From positions 170,797 through 234,796 of the forward strand of contig JAAOMT010000198.1 of assembly GCA_016748015.1 (NCBI GenBank): 64,000 nucleotides of DNA, given 5' to 3'. Shown here piece after piece: positions 23,974 to 40,739 of the stretch. The position numbers and the translations under genes are program-made. Each line of letters starts with the position of its first letter. Within the stretch, counting starts at the first letter, position 1. The DNA comes from Geosiphon pyriformis uo1 (taxonomy: Eukaryota > Fungi > Glomeromycota). The notes under the pieces are model-generated. The model was not told the origin of the DNA. It saw only the letters and a program-made list of their open reading frames with translations, and did not search any database.

Positions 23974-24653
23974 ATAGTTTTACTTAGCAATTTCTAGTAT
24001 CACTTGATATATTTCTGTGTTACAATTCAATCCGAATTAAGTATTGAGCAAATCAAAATTCTACATAAAAGTGCGCGTCCTCTTTGGAAATGATATTAAT
24101 CATTTGCTCTTCAGATTATAATTATAAGGAAGCATTTTGCGGGAGTTTGGCTTTTAATGAGTTTCAGACACTATTTAGATCTGTCAATTTATTTATATGG
24201 ATAGGTGTATCATACTAATACAACATTCATCATTTAGCAAGCGGAATCCTTAATGGATGACGATAATGTTTTTTTTTAACATGACTCCAAGCAGTGCATT
24301 ATCTTTGATTAGTTGAAAACACAATCACGTGAGGTTTCGCACCAATTTTCCAGGTTACACGAATATGATCAAATATTCTGCATTTCAATTAATTTAATTA
24401 TAGCGATAAACGTTTTGGTTTAAAAAGTTCTTTCCGAAAAAAAGCAGTTTCAGATAATAACACTTGAAATACCCATGTCAAAATTGCTAACATAACTGAC
24501 AAATATTTTAGATAAAATAATAAGAGACAGAAATTTTCAGAGTTAAATCATCTACGCAAAATGAAACTATTAATGCCATGTACAATGAAATTATTTATAT
24601 AATACAGCGTCCTTTTCCCATTCCCATTCCCATTATGAGTAAACTCAAGGTTT

Positions 24654-27854
<3,201 letters not shown>

Positions 27855-29029
27855 ATTTCTCGAAGAATGAGTTGTAATGAATTGCAAAATAAACTAAAGA
27901 GAATCGAGTGAAGAATGAGGAGTATGAGTGATGCGAAGCAAGTAGACCAAAAGTATATTGCAAAGAGCAAAAAAGGGAAAGTAGAGTAAGTGAACGACTG
28001 AATTGTACGTGATTGTTAAATCTGCCTCAGATGCGTGGGAGATTGAATGAATTTTCACCAAAAAAGCTTTTATTGTTAAAAAGTAGGACTTTATACAGTT
28101 TCCTAATAAGAAAAAAGAAGTGAACAAGTCTTTACTACCTTTAAATCTTTTAGAGTATTCTTCTTCCGATCCAATCTCAGCAATGAAGAGTTGTGAGCAA
28201 CTGCCAGAAAAAGAGAGACTTTGGAATAGGAAAGGTTTAGAAAAAAAATTGTTAAATTTAAAAGGCAAGAGGCAAATGTTAGGATGTGTAATCTTTATAA
28301 AGAATATAATTGATGATTGACCACCTTTTTAATGATTTTCTACTTAAACTTTAGTAGTTTATATCAAAGTGAGTTGATTCTGCATCGCAATTCCTTGTTT
28401 GTATTAAAATGGTGATCAAAAATACAACGTTTTCTTGCACCCCATTTTCCAAAAGTTTAAATCACAGCAATTTACCCGTTACACAATGTTCGTTGGTTTA
28501 GCGAAGAATATCAATCTTCTTAAAGCAAAATGTCAAAATGTATTTTCGTTTTATGCTGTGCCGTAAATCTGTAAATAATACAATGTCATAATGCCTATTG
28601 AAAACCGCCAACATAGAATTCGTTAAGGTTACCCACCGAAAGTATCTGCGATTTTTGAGATTTTTTAGAAATCGATCTTAATTATTTTTTTTACTGATGT
28701 CCCAATTGTTATGAATGACAAACCAACCGATTGGGATATTTTATTAGAGAACTTTTATGTATCCTTCAAGAAAATATAGAACACAATTTTGTGTTCTAAC
28801 TTAATTGTTTGTGCTAAAGGGTACAAAGGTAAAACCACATCATCTTCAATAGAAATCCTTTAGATTTTAATCAAATTTAGATAATTCTTACTAATATATT
28901 TTTTTTAAATTTTTCTATGAAACTACGTTACACTAGTAGAGCATCAAGAAATTGGTGAATACGAATATTTTTGACAATCCTTACATTTCCAGCTGCTGGA
29001 AAATATATGTTCATCTAAGATGATCCTTC

Positions 29030-29495
29030 TTAAAATGTTTCGTCGTCATATTCACCTCCTTCTGCAGGATTAGCACCTTCCGGAGGAACTTCAAAGCCGT
29101 CCTAAAAAATATTTATAAAAAAAAACAGTTAGCAAACTTTTTCTAGGCTTAAATAAAGCATACCATCCAAAATACACCATGTAATATATAGTTTCCAATT
29201 GCTATACAAGTCTACTTAACCCCCGTTACCTCTGTACTATACAAAATGGCTTGAATTTCTTTCAATAGCTGATTATCTGGTTCTTGATCGATTTGTTGTT
29301 GAACTAGAATTTCAATATCTCTCAGCTTCCCGAAATAAAAGTCACGTTCCTTTTCTAGTCCATCCACAGTCACTTTAAATTCGTCGATTTGTTTATTTAG
29401 CTCAATAACCTGATTGCTGTCGTGATGAAGACTAGGAGCTGAAAGAAACGAATTCAGGATTTATTAGGTGAGTGAGTGAGTGAGTGAGTGAGTGA

Positions 29496-29536
<41 letters not shown>

Positions 29537-30445
29537 AATAAAGCCAATTAAAAATTAATAAAATAAATTATTTTCTGCTATTCAGAAATATAATTAATAG
29601 GAGATAAGTTTTTGGACAAAAATTTATTTACCAGCACTAAGAGCATGATGACCAACGTTACCAGTAGCAGGAGTAGGTCTCTTCGCACCCACTTTTGATG
29701 TACCGCCACCGCCAACAGTTTTAACAGGGACAGGGCCTGGTCCACCACGTCGAGCTACAGCATCATATGCCCCACCAGGATAGAAGGTATCCCAATATCT
29801 CTTCAACCATTGCAAAAATTCCAGATTATCTTGAAATTTGCATTTCACAAGACGCTCGACTGGAATTGTCTAAGTATATGGTTGTGCAAATATAAATAAA
29901 AAATTTTCTACCCACTTAATAAAGTGTCAATCATGAACAAAAGTAAATTAATATATATATATATCACTTAAATATACTATATGGTACCTTATCAATCTTG
30001 TGTTTATCGAAAGCAGTCTGCAGCACTTTAAAGTTGGCAACATATTCGTACTCGTGTTTTGAAAAAAATTTTACCTTGTTCATTTGAACATCGCCTGAAA
30101 GTATTCGTATTGATGATATAATAAAAAATTATTCCAAAGCGAAAATCTAGCAAATATGGAACTTTAACTCGAAGAGCATAAAGATCAAAATGTTACCAAA
30201 TATAGAATCAATAATTTGACAATGTGCAGCCCCTATAACATAAAATTAAAGTTCCAAGGTGACTGTGTAAGAATCGTAAGAGATCTGAAAATTTTCTGCA
30301 TAAAATCAAAAGGGCACCATCTTAACCTGCCCTATGACCCCTTGTTTCGCTCGAATGTACCTGTACCGCACTGTTCAACTTTGGTATAGTTAATTTGCAG
30401 CAAGTCATTTATCCACGCCAACAGTTCGGTTCTTGATTCACCCAT
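29030..30445 (-). CDS. BIM1: EB1/Bim1/Mal3 microtubule plus-end binding protein
   Basis: [45 protein letters not shown]-terminal DDETF*. Confidence 0.93.
29469..29536. repeat. (TGAG)n(TG)n microsatellite in an EB1 intron
   Basis: Directly visible. Confidence 0.95.
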
Positions 30446-30829
30446 TATGATAAAGAATTATCTACAGCAGTTGCGCCGAATGACTTTTAAAATTGGTTTA
30501 AATTAAAAGTTAAAATGAATCAAGGAATAAGAAATAATTAGGAAAAAATGCACACACAAAATGAGTGATATTGTTATATATGGTTTTCGCAGCCTTCCGA
30601 GAAACTAAAGTTACAATTTATAATTTCTTAAAATTGACTGTTTAGTACTGATTGTTTGTATGACAAACAAAAAATGGGTTCATAATTGTTATGTAATAAA
30701 TTCAACGATGAACCAATCAGATCCTGAGAGACAAAAGTTTCCTCGACGAATGGTTGGTTAACCAAAAAAAAAAAAACCTCTGCATGATTATCCTAAAATT
30801 AGTTCTTGATGCATTTTTTGTATACCTTT

Positions 30830-31446
30830 TTAAGAAAGATGAATATATTAAGAGAAAAATTATTATAAATAGTAAGATTTAAATTTAATATAATAAAAAT
30901 AATATTTGTAGTTAAATATAAAATATTAATTATAATTAAATATAAATTTATATTATTTTTATTTAATATTAATTAACAAATAAGATATTTTTTTATAAAA
31001 TTTATTTGTGTTTTTTATAATTTAAACTGTATAATGTAAATATATTTCAAGTTTACTATTTTTAATTAAAATTTTTTAACATTAATTTATAATTTTGTAT
31101 TAAATTAAATTAAATTTTAAATTATATTATAATTAACTATATTTTTGATTTAATTTTATAATTATAATTTTTTTATGTAAATTTAAGTATTATACATATT
31201 ATTTGTAAAATTTAAATAAATAATAATTTCAAATATAATTATTGTTATAAATAAAATTTTATTAAAAAAACTATTAAAATTTAAATTAAAAATAAATATT
31301 AAACAAAATTAAATAATATAATATAAATAAAAATGTATATAAGTTAATAACTTAATTTAAAATATATTTAAAAATAAAATATTATAAAAATTGTAATTAA
31401 TCATATTTAAATTTAAATTTAAAATTATAATAAAATAATAATTATA

Positions 31447-31490
<44 letters not shown>

Positions 31491-31900
31491 AATCATTAAT
31501 TAATAGATAACCATTAAAAAAAATGTAAACATAATTAAAAAATAATATTTTTACATATTTTAGCCCATTTTTTAACAAAATTAATTATTTGTGTTGTTAT
31601 TTATTATTAATTAATTAATATTATTTTAATAATATAAACTAAAACAAAAAAAATTTTAAATTTTAGTTATAATATACAAAAAATAAGTTTATTTAAAAAT
31701 ATTTATACTAATATTCTACAATATAATTAATAATTTTGTTTGGTAAACTTAAAAATAATATAAATAATAGAACATTTATTTTTAATCATCTTAATTACCT
31801 TAGTATATTAATTCCAGCCTTTATAATACTAATTTTAACTTTTTAATAAAAATATTCTTTAGCAAAATATTTCAATTTAGATTGTTATTTACATAATCTT
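30830..31900. other. Extremely AT-rich intergenic block including (ATT)n
   Basis: Very few G/C; similar blocks at ~3150-3850, 16830-17720, 36050-36690, 51800-52850. Confidence 0.8.
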
Positions 31901-32176
31901 TAGCAATTAAGGTCAATAAAATTAAGTTCCTAAACTGGGTACATGTACAAATAGATTTACTGATCTTCAATTTCATGTAAATTTTAATTTTTTAAATAAC
32001 ATGGTGTGACTCTGTCCCGGGGAACTACTTTTGCATAAATAATGGCGAATCTGGTTAAACTCCTGTGATTGATAAAAGCAATGCTGATCTTTTCAAAATT
32101 TCTTGATTTGGTGGTCTTTTAAAAAGACTACGAACCAAAAAATTATTTGCCAATCATTTTAAACAAAGTCTTCGAG

Positions 32177-35100
32177 ATGGATAACTATGAAATTGTCAAA
32201 GAGTTGGGAGACGGTTCTTTCGGCAATGTACTTCAAGCACAGCATAAAAATACAGGTCTAGTGGTGAGCTACAATATTTTATTTACCTAGCTGAAAACAA
32301 CGTTTTTTTGATTTTTTTTCAACTTTTCGGAAGGAACTTGTTCCAGATGAACGGCAGTTTTCGCCCTTCAAAGAATTGAATTTCCATGCTTCCTTTTAAT
32401 TCAAAATTGGATTATTTTCAAGCAATTCTTTGTATTGTTTTCGGATAAATTTTCGATCCCTTTTTTGAGTAAGGAAATTTATCGGATCAAACAGAATTTC
32501 GTTGAATTGAAGAAATTCGCTTCTTTATTATATGCCTCTGCCATCTTGATCAAATATTATGTAAACCTTTCTTTTTATTTTTCATTAGGTGGCCATTAAG
32601 AAGATGAAAAAAAAGTTTTCATCTTGGGAAAAAGTTTGTGAGCTACGTGAATTTAAGGTGAGAGATCCCTATATGATCCTCGTGCTGTTATTAAATTAAC
32701 CTGATTTTCTAATGATTTTTAGTCTTTGCGAGGTTTGCCTTCGCACCCCAATGTGATTGGCCTTCTTGAAGCTTTTCTAATACCTCAAACTCGGGAATTA
32801 AATTTCGTATTTGAGTTTATGGAAGTAAATTTATATCAAGTTATTAAGGAAAGAAAAGGAAGACCTTTTAGTCAACAAGTTGTTCAATCAATCATGTAGG
32901 TTAAATTTCCTTTATTTAAACGACATCTTTAATCTATAATGTTCAATGAAGTTTCTGATTATTAGTTTCAAATTAATAACTTATTACATTTTCTACATGA
33001 TCAAAGGTTTCAAGTATTTCAAGGAGTATATCATATACATTCGTACGGTCTATTTCATCGTGACCTAAAGCCCGAAAATATTTTAATTTCGACAAAAAAA
33101 AAGCTCATTAACGATTTTCTGCAGCCAGACATTTCCTTGGAATCCAAAGAAAATCCGAATAATTATTCCGTTCAATTCAATTTATTCCAATCAAATGAAA
33201 GTATGGATATTCAAGAGTTAAATGAAAATTATGATAATATCGAATATATCGTTAAAATTGGTGATTTCGGTTTGGTAAGAGAAATCAAATCTAGACCGCC
33301 ATATACAGACTATGTTAGCACCAGATGGTTAGTAAAAATAATTTATACATCATATATTTTCTCCAATTTCTCCACAGCTTACTATATTATGTTAAAATTA
33401 ATCTTTTGGGCATTAGCCAGACTGATTTCATTATCAATTCACCTATTCTAGGTATCGCGCACCAGAAGTTCTTCTTCGCTCAAATTTTTATTCTTCTCCG
33501 ATAGATATTTGGGCACTAGGTGCCATTATGGTTGAACTTTATACATTGAAGCCGCTTTTCCCTGGTCAAAGTGAAGTGGATCAATTGTCGAAAATTTGTA
33601 GATTATTAGGAAGTCCGGGTCTTTCAACTGATTCTACTGGTGAGATTGGTGGATTAGGCGGTGGTGAGTGGAAGGAAGGTCTCAAATTGGCCAAGAACAT
33701 CGGTTTCAATTTTCCCACGGTAAGTACTCTTTTCCTTTCCTTCAAAAAATTGGCTTTTTAATAATACAAGTTTTATTTTAGACTCGGCCTGAACCACCTT
33801 TAAAAATTTTTCCTCCATCGACCCCGGCAATTTTACTTCAATTAATCGCACAGTTATTACGATATAATCCAAGTCAACGTTTAACAGCCTTGGGTGCTCT
33901 TAAACATCCATATTTTGTTGAATCTAATATGATTTTTCAACCAACGGTTGTGCAGGAAATTTCAGTCATTGGATTCAACCTTACAGACAAAAAACGCAAG
34001 AATGAGAATTTCTCTGCTTTACGAAAGCTAGCTCAAGGAGTTAATTCTGTGCCATTCGAGAAAAAGAATACAAGATATTCATGGAGCAAAGCTGAGGAGA
34101 CGTCAAAACAAGAAAAATTAGTCATGACCGAAACTTCGGGTGATAAGCTAACGAAAGACATTATTTCCCTACCTCCTTTGAACATTAATGCCGCAAATCA
34201 CTTTAAACTAGAAGAATTTGTGCTTCCATCCATCAAGGCAGTAAGTCCTTTCAGCTCAGAACAATCACTAGCTACTGATATTAAGCACCTTAACGGGGCT
34301 AATGGCGATCCGTCAGAACAAACATTATCGGAAGCAAATGGAACTTTATCTGATTTTGAATCTTTATATGATTCAATATTTGCCCCTTCAATTACCGGAT
34401 GTCAAGCGGAATCTCGTTCAGATTCTTCGTTGTTAGGGACCCGATTACATAAGCATTCTGAATATCAAGTATTTTCAACTCAAAAATCAATCACCGATAA
34501 TTTCCCATCAACCAGGAAAAACTTTGGACACAAAAGAAGTCGTTCCAACACTGCTAGTCCAATCGATCAAATGGTAAAAGAGATCAATCATGTTAATAAT
34601 GGTGTGAATGAAACAAAAACTTTAGTCAATGGCCCAACAAATACCATAGATTTACACAGTTATCAACTGCCAGACGACGTGATCAAATTTTTCGGGGTCT
34701 CAGAAGACTCGAAAGGACCCACTAGAAAATCTTCATCCCCATCAAGGGATTTTATGAAAGTTCATCGAAGATATTCTTCAAATTCTGCCACATTGGCAGA
34801 AAATTCGTCGATTTACTCATTTGATACGAATAATCAAGGTAAGGACGGCTTCCGTCTACTTACCTCTAGCATATTTTGTCCCATTACCTTTTTCAAATTC
34901 TTTTTAATGTCAAATAAAGCTACGGCGCCTTATGCCACCCGATATTATGGCCAGCATTTAATGAGTTGGCAACAGATGCGTCAACTAGAGAATGGGACTT
35001 CTAGTATTAACGCCAAATTGGATGGAAACTTGGGGTATGCTACAATTTTGAGCAAATTAGAGTGTCCGACATTTCACTCATTTCATTTTGATATTATAGC

Positions 35101-35505
35101 ACATTAAAAAATACTCCATATACTTCATCAACAATCGATCAACACCAACTAAATCCTTCGGTCTCGGTGCCTAAGTTTCAACTTAAAAAACCCGATGCTT
35201 CTACAAACTTTTCACCTAATTTGACCAATGGATTCTTGTCTAACCTAAGAGCTGCGGTACGATTACATACATATTCACCTACGAAACATAAATCTACGAT
35301 CCCTCTTAACGAAATTGAAGGACCCTCCCTTTCAAGTTCCACATTACCCAATATTCTTCCAGCCATACCACCATTATCTTTATCACCAACCACCAAATTA
35401 ATTTCTAATGAAGATCTAAATTATACGAAGGTTTCTAGTGAAAGGAGGAATTCCTTCCGGGAAGATGTACTTGGTCACTCTCAATATAACGAATTTGCTC
35501 TGTAG
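32177..35505 (+). CDS. Ime2/MAK/ICK-family Ser/Thr kinase, multi-exon
   Basis: [65 protein letters not shown] (TDY activation loop), long S-rich tail. Confidence 0.9.
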
Positions 35506-37018
35506 CGAATAACATTTAAATTCTCTTGGTGTAGCTATAACCTATAGCCTATCATTATATGGACTAATCGAGTGGTGTAACGAATCATTTGATTCGCTGT
35601 GTAGCCAATAGTTTTTCAATTGCATGTTACCCCGTTTTGGTTTAATGCTAGGATACTTGTAGGACGCGAAAAAATTTTTCGATTTACTAGCAGCACCCAA
35701 AATTCAATGGTGACCAAGCAACAAAATAAGTTTTTAATATGAGCGACAAATTGGTTTAACAAAAAAAATAAAGCCAATGAAAAAGTGAAAAAGAATGAGA
35801 AATGAAAAAGCAAAGTGTAATATTTTAATAAATTTACATTTTTACCAGCTTTTGCGAAATAAAAAAATAGTTTTATGGAAAGACTATCTAGATTTACTAT
35901 TTTCCAAGACAAAGAGAGACCATATATTAAAATCAAGATGGCTTTTACAATATAAATTAACAAAATCAACTAACCAGTTATAAAAACAATGGTATTCCAA
36001 AAAACCATGTCAATTTATTACAATGTTTAACATTCAAAAAATTTTGAAAATCAAATAACTGGTTAAATAATTTTAAGAAAAATATGTATATTTAAGTAAA
36101 ACAAATAATGCACCATTAAATAACTTTTTTAAAATATTATAATAAACTTAAAAATATATTAAAAAAATATAATATATATATATATATATAATACAAATAA
36201 AAATTATACTAAAATTAAAAACTTGAATTAATTAAAATACTTTTTAATTATTTAATATTATATATATATTAAACTTTAAAAAAACATAAAAAATTATTTT
36301 TAAAAGTTTTAATTTTAATTATTTTAATATAATAATTATAATTTTTTTAAAAAAAAAACAAAAAAATATATATGTATATTAAAAATAAAAGTTATTATTA
36401 TTATTAATTAATATTAACTGTTTTTGTTATCAAATGATTTAAATAATAACTAAAAAAATTGGTAATCTTATGTTTAATAATATTAATAAAATTTGAAATA
36501 ATATTTTTAATAAATTGTTTTATTAATTCAAAAAGATAATATATATATCAAAATTTTAATAATTATAATACAATATAAAATACTTAAAAAAATTATTTTT
36601 ATATTAATTAATACAAACAAACAAAAAAAACTTTTTTTATAAAATTATAAAATATAATATATATATATATATATATTAATATTTTTGCAACCAAAAAAAG
36701 CTAGTCGAAGAAATTGCTAATTACAACTGAAAATAATCCCACCAAATGGAATTTAAATAATTAGTATTTGAAACAAAATATTAATGTATTCTATTTATTA
36801 TTAAAAGTAATGCATAAATTGCTACAATGAGAAACAGTTTAAGACTTGATAACGATGGTTAGACAAATTTTTGAATTACATGTCGGACAATTGCAATAAA
36901 AATTGCTTGCTATTATGATTATATGAAAAAAGTGTTTCAAATATCAGGTGGATTTGTAAAAATTTCTAATCGTTTGAATGTTCATTCTAATAATAATAAG
37001 TTACATTCTAATATCTTT

Positions 37019-38099
37019 TTATCGTCGCCTTCTCATAAGTAGGGGATCCGAATTCAAAGAGCTTGTTAATAGGCTACTGCATATTTCGACATTATTCCAT
37101 TGACTGGTATCAACTGTTGTAATATTATTGGTGGTGGAGTTGGTGTTGCTAGTGCTTCCACGGGTTTCAGTACGAGGTCTGTTTCTTGATGTTGTTGATG
37201 ATGGAATTGTATCATTTTTTGTAAAGAATCGATTCGTGTATATGGTGCTATTAGCATCCCTCTTAACCCAAACAACACGTTCAACGAAACCTCTTACTAA
37301 ATCTATGACATCAGAACCATCACCTTCAACGTGAACTGAAGCCTCCAAATGTCGAATTATATGAACCTTTCCTTCATCTTTCTCGCAAAATAAAACTTTT
37401 CTTTCATCAATAGTGTTAGGAATAAAAAAATTGGCATCACGAAATAGTGAAAGAATTTGATCTTTCTCTTTTTCGGTCTTGATGGAAGAGACAAGGTAGA
37501 TGGTATAATTTCTAGTGAGAATTTCCAACAATGGAATAATATTTTCAATAAAAGCATAATTAGGTGAATCCGGATCGTTAGATGAGTTCCAAATGAGCGT
37601 CTATTTTAATGGATAATTTTAAAAAATCATAGTTTAAAAAGACACTAAAGAGTAATTAAAAAAATCCTTGACTTCTCTTACATTTCTCAATGATATAGAC
37701 ATTGATCTCTTTCTTGTTCTGACATTCCTATTTTGTTGTTGGGGCCTTTGGTGACGGAGAGTTGGTAGTTCAACAGGTGGACGCCTCCGTGGCCGTGATT
37801 GACTTGGTGGTATTATAGGTCGTAAAGTCTAAAAACAGTAAAAAAAACAATTTTATTTACTTAAAATAAAGATAAAAAGAACAGTACAAAAGGTTTCGAG
37901 AAACTTTTAGACTTCTCACTTCATTTCTTTCCGCTTCACTCGTGGTTTCCTCCTCCCCGGAAGCTCTGTTTTCACGTCGGTCTCTAGGTTGCGACCTTTG
38001 GTAAAGGTAATACAATATACCAGCTGCTGCCACTGCTAGCGCTGCATAGGTATATATTGCCGAGTTTCTCCCCCTTGTGTTTGTCTTTGCCGAAGACAT
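37019..38099 (-). CDS. PEX22-like peroxisomal membrane protein
   Basis: N-terminal TM (AALAVAAAGILYYLY) plus domain ..DERKVLFCEKDEGKVHIIRHLEASVHVE, resembling plant-type PEX22 (KVLFC..G..RQLEP.WH). Confidence 0.55.
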
Positions 38100-38679
38100 T
38101 CTAAAATGAATTGAGATACTGTTTTAATTGTAAATTTTTGTGATCGTCGATTGAGCTGATCATTTTTCCTCAAATTTAGAAGGCCTCAACAGCCACAACT
38201 GATACTAGCCACCTAATCTAACCGAAGATAATTGATAATTGATGAAGATTCAATATAAAACTTAGTCATTTATTAAATGATTTGTAAAATTTAAATAATA
38301 TGTATTTAATATTAAAGTATTAATTTTTATAGCAATTGTTTATTAAAAAACAAAAACAAGAATTAAATTATAAAATATTTTTATCAACTTTAAATAAGAA
38401 TAAAGATTTTAATTATTTATACTTCAATCAAAAATTGTAATAAAAAATCAATTATAATTAATTACAGTATTTTTTTTAATTAAAAAGTTATATAAAGTTA
38501 CTGAAAATTCTTTTTGTAAAGAACATAACATAATAGTATTACCTCTTTTTTGAATGTTACATTTGTTAACACAGCATAATAATTTTTTTTTAAACAGATT
38601 CATGAAAATTTTCTCATCTCTTTATTATTTAAATCTTTTGGTAATTATATTAAGAAATGACTATCCCGAAAATTTTGAC

Positions 38680-40311
38680 TTAGTCTAATTTTTTTGGCCG
38701 GATTTTCTTTGAACTCATTTCAATGTTCTGAATTCGTAAACTTCTTTCTAGAGTTTCCGCCTCAGAAATTGCGTGAAGAAGAGCTTTACAATCATTCAAC
38801 TCTTGAATCTTTTCTCTGGTGCTGGTGCAAAGTTGGTGCATTATTTGAGCTATTTCATGAACCTGTCATTCATATTGATTATTAAGATCCATAATTTTGC
38901 GTGGAAAAACATAAACTAAACTTGAATTCATTACCATGCTAGACTCAATTTTGCTATCTTCAATGATTTTAGCCACAGCGTCAGAGCATTCTTTTATCTG
39001 TTCCGATAACGAAACTATAAAGAAAATTAATCAGATATTAGACCGTTTTAAAATTCTTTGAACTATTTAATAAGATTTTAGACCTATATCTCCAGTTTCG
39101 GCATTCATCACTGGCATCGCGACTATGGTATTTGACAAAGATGATGCAAAAGGAATGTAGCATGCTTTAAAATCTTCTAATTGTTGGACGGTTTGGTGTA
39201 ACTGATCTCTCTAAGAAAAAAGAGAGAAAGAATTTACACGTACTCGAATAAAATATGTAGCGCAAAAAAAAAAACTTGGTGAATACCTGGACAGATAAAG
39301 TCTCTTGTAGCAATATGATCTCCTTTTCTAATTCAAATCTTCTTTGAGCTTCACTGAGTTCCTGTTTTTTCCGAACGAGTAATTCCCATGCTTCTAATAT
39401 CTGCGTCTAGGATATCCATATACAATTTAAATTTGTCATGGTACAAATTAAGTGAGAGTTTTCCGTATAGGAATTTACCTCTGCTGCTTGCTTTTGGAAT
39501 TCAAAAGATTGAAAAGATTTGGCATTGATGAAACACCATTGATTTAAACGTGCATTTAACATTGCGACCTCATCATCCAGGCTCATAGAGAGATTATCTT
39601 GCTCGCTGGCTTCAGAAGTCTTCTTACATTTCCAAAAAAAAACATAATCAATGTGGCATTTCCGAATTTCAACGAGATCACTTGTCGGAAACTAATGACC
39701 GACCTTAGAGGAAGTCAATCCTTGAATTGACGAGATACTATAAGAATCACTTGATCGCTTGATGTCTAAAAAAAAGGAACGATTAAAATTTATATGGCCA
39801 AAACTGGTACCTGATTCTTTAAAGATTTAAATCAGATGAATTGGAATATTTGCTTTTATTTTTTATTTTTTGATGAAAAGGGTTAAGAAGTCACCTGATC
39901 TCTTCGAAGCGTTAATGACTCTCGAAGTATTCTGTCTTTTTTTAATCAAAGACGGTTTCAATTCATCTAGAGTAGATGATCTAAGATTACCGGGGTGATC
40001 CCTAGGAGTCGTTGTAGCTATGGGGGTAACATTCTTTGTATTTACATTCACCAATGGGCTTAAAGTAACCCTTTCTTTAGACTTGGTCAAGGAAGGCACC
40101 TTCAGAATATTCTCGATAGAATCTTTGGGAGCTGCACTTAATTGTTTATTATTCAAGGTCTGCATATATCGCGAGGGTATCTCACGAACTATCCAAGAAA
40201 TTCATTATTAAAATTAACTGTACTACAAGAAAACAGAAATCTTAAAAATATGGTTTTTAACAAACCTTTTTTCTTTCGTCCCGGTGTGCTTTTCGAGAAT
40301 GAGGTAGCCAT
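38680..40311 (-). CDS. Coiled-coil protein with QWRF-like motif (augmin subunit HAUS8/AUG8-like), multi-exon
   Basis: Basic S/T-rich N-terminus, then MLNARLNQWCFINAKS and coiled coil; ends KIRPKKLD*. Start approximate. Confidence 0.5.
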
Positions 40312-40739
40312 GGAAGGGTATAATACAAATGTTTATACATTCAAAATTTGTTGCTGTCATTTAAAATACCAATAATATTTATTTATTTGTTTTTATAAAA
40401 ACAATGTTTTTTTTTGATGACAAAAAATGTCTTTCAAACTTTCATTTATGACATCATCTGTTTGTTAAATAAAAAACACGTATTAAATATAAAAAAATCA
40501 ATTATTACGTAAAAATATTTTTATTTACCTAATTAAATAATTATTTCATTTAATTATATATATATATATATATATATTATTATTATTATTATTATTATTA
40601 TATTTTTAATTGATTTATTTTGGTTAATTTATTTTTAAAAATTAAAATTAAAATATTTAAATTGGTTATTTAAATAAGTTAAAATATAATTGTTTTTTTT
40701 ATTATTTTGAATTTATTTATAAAAAAAAAAAAAATTGTA

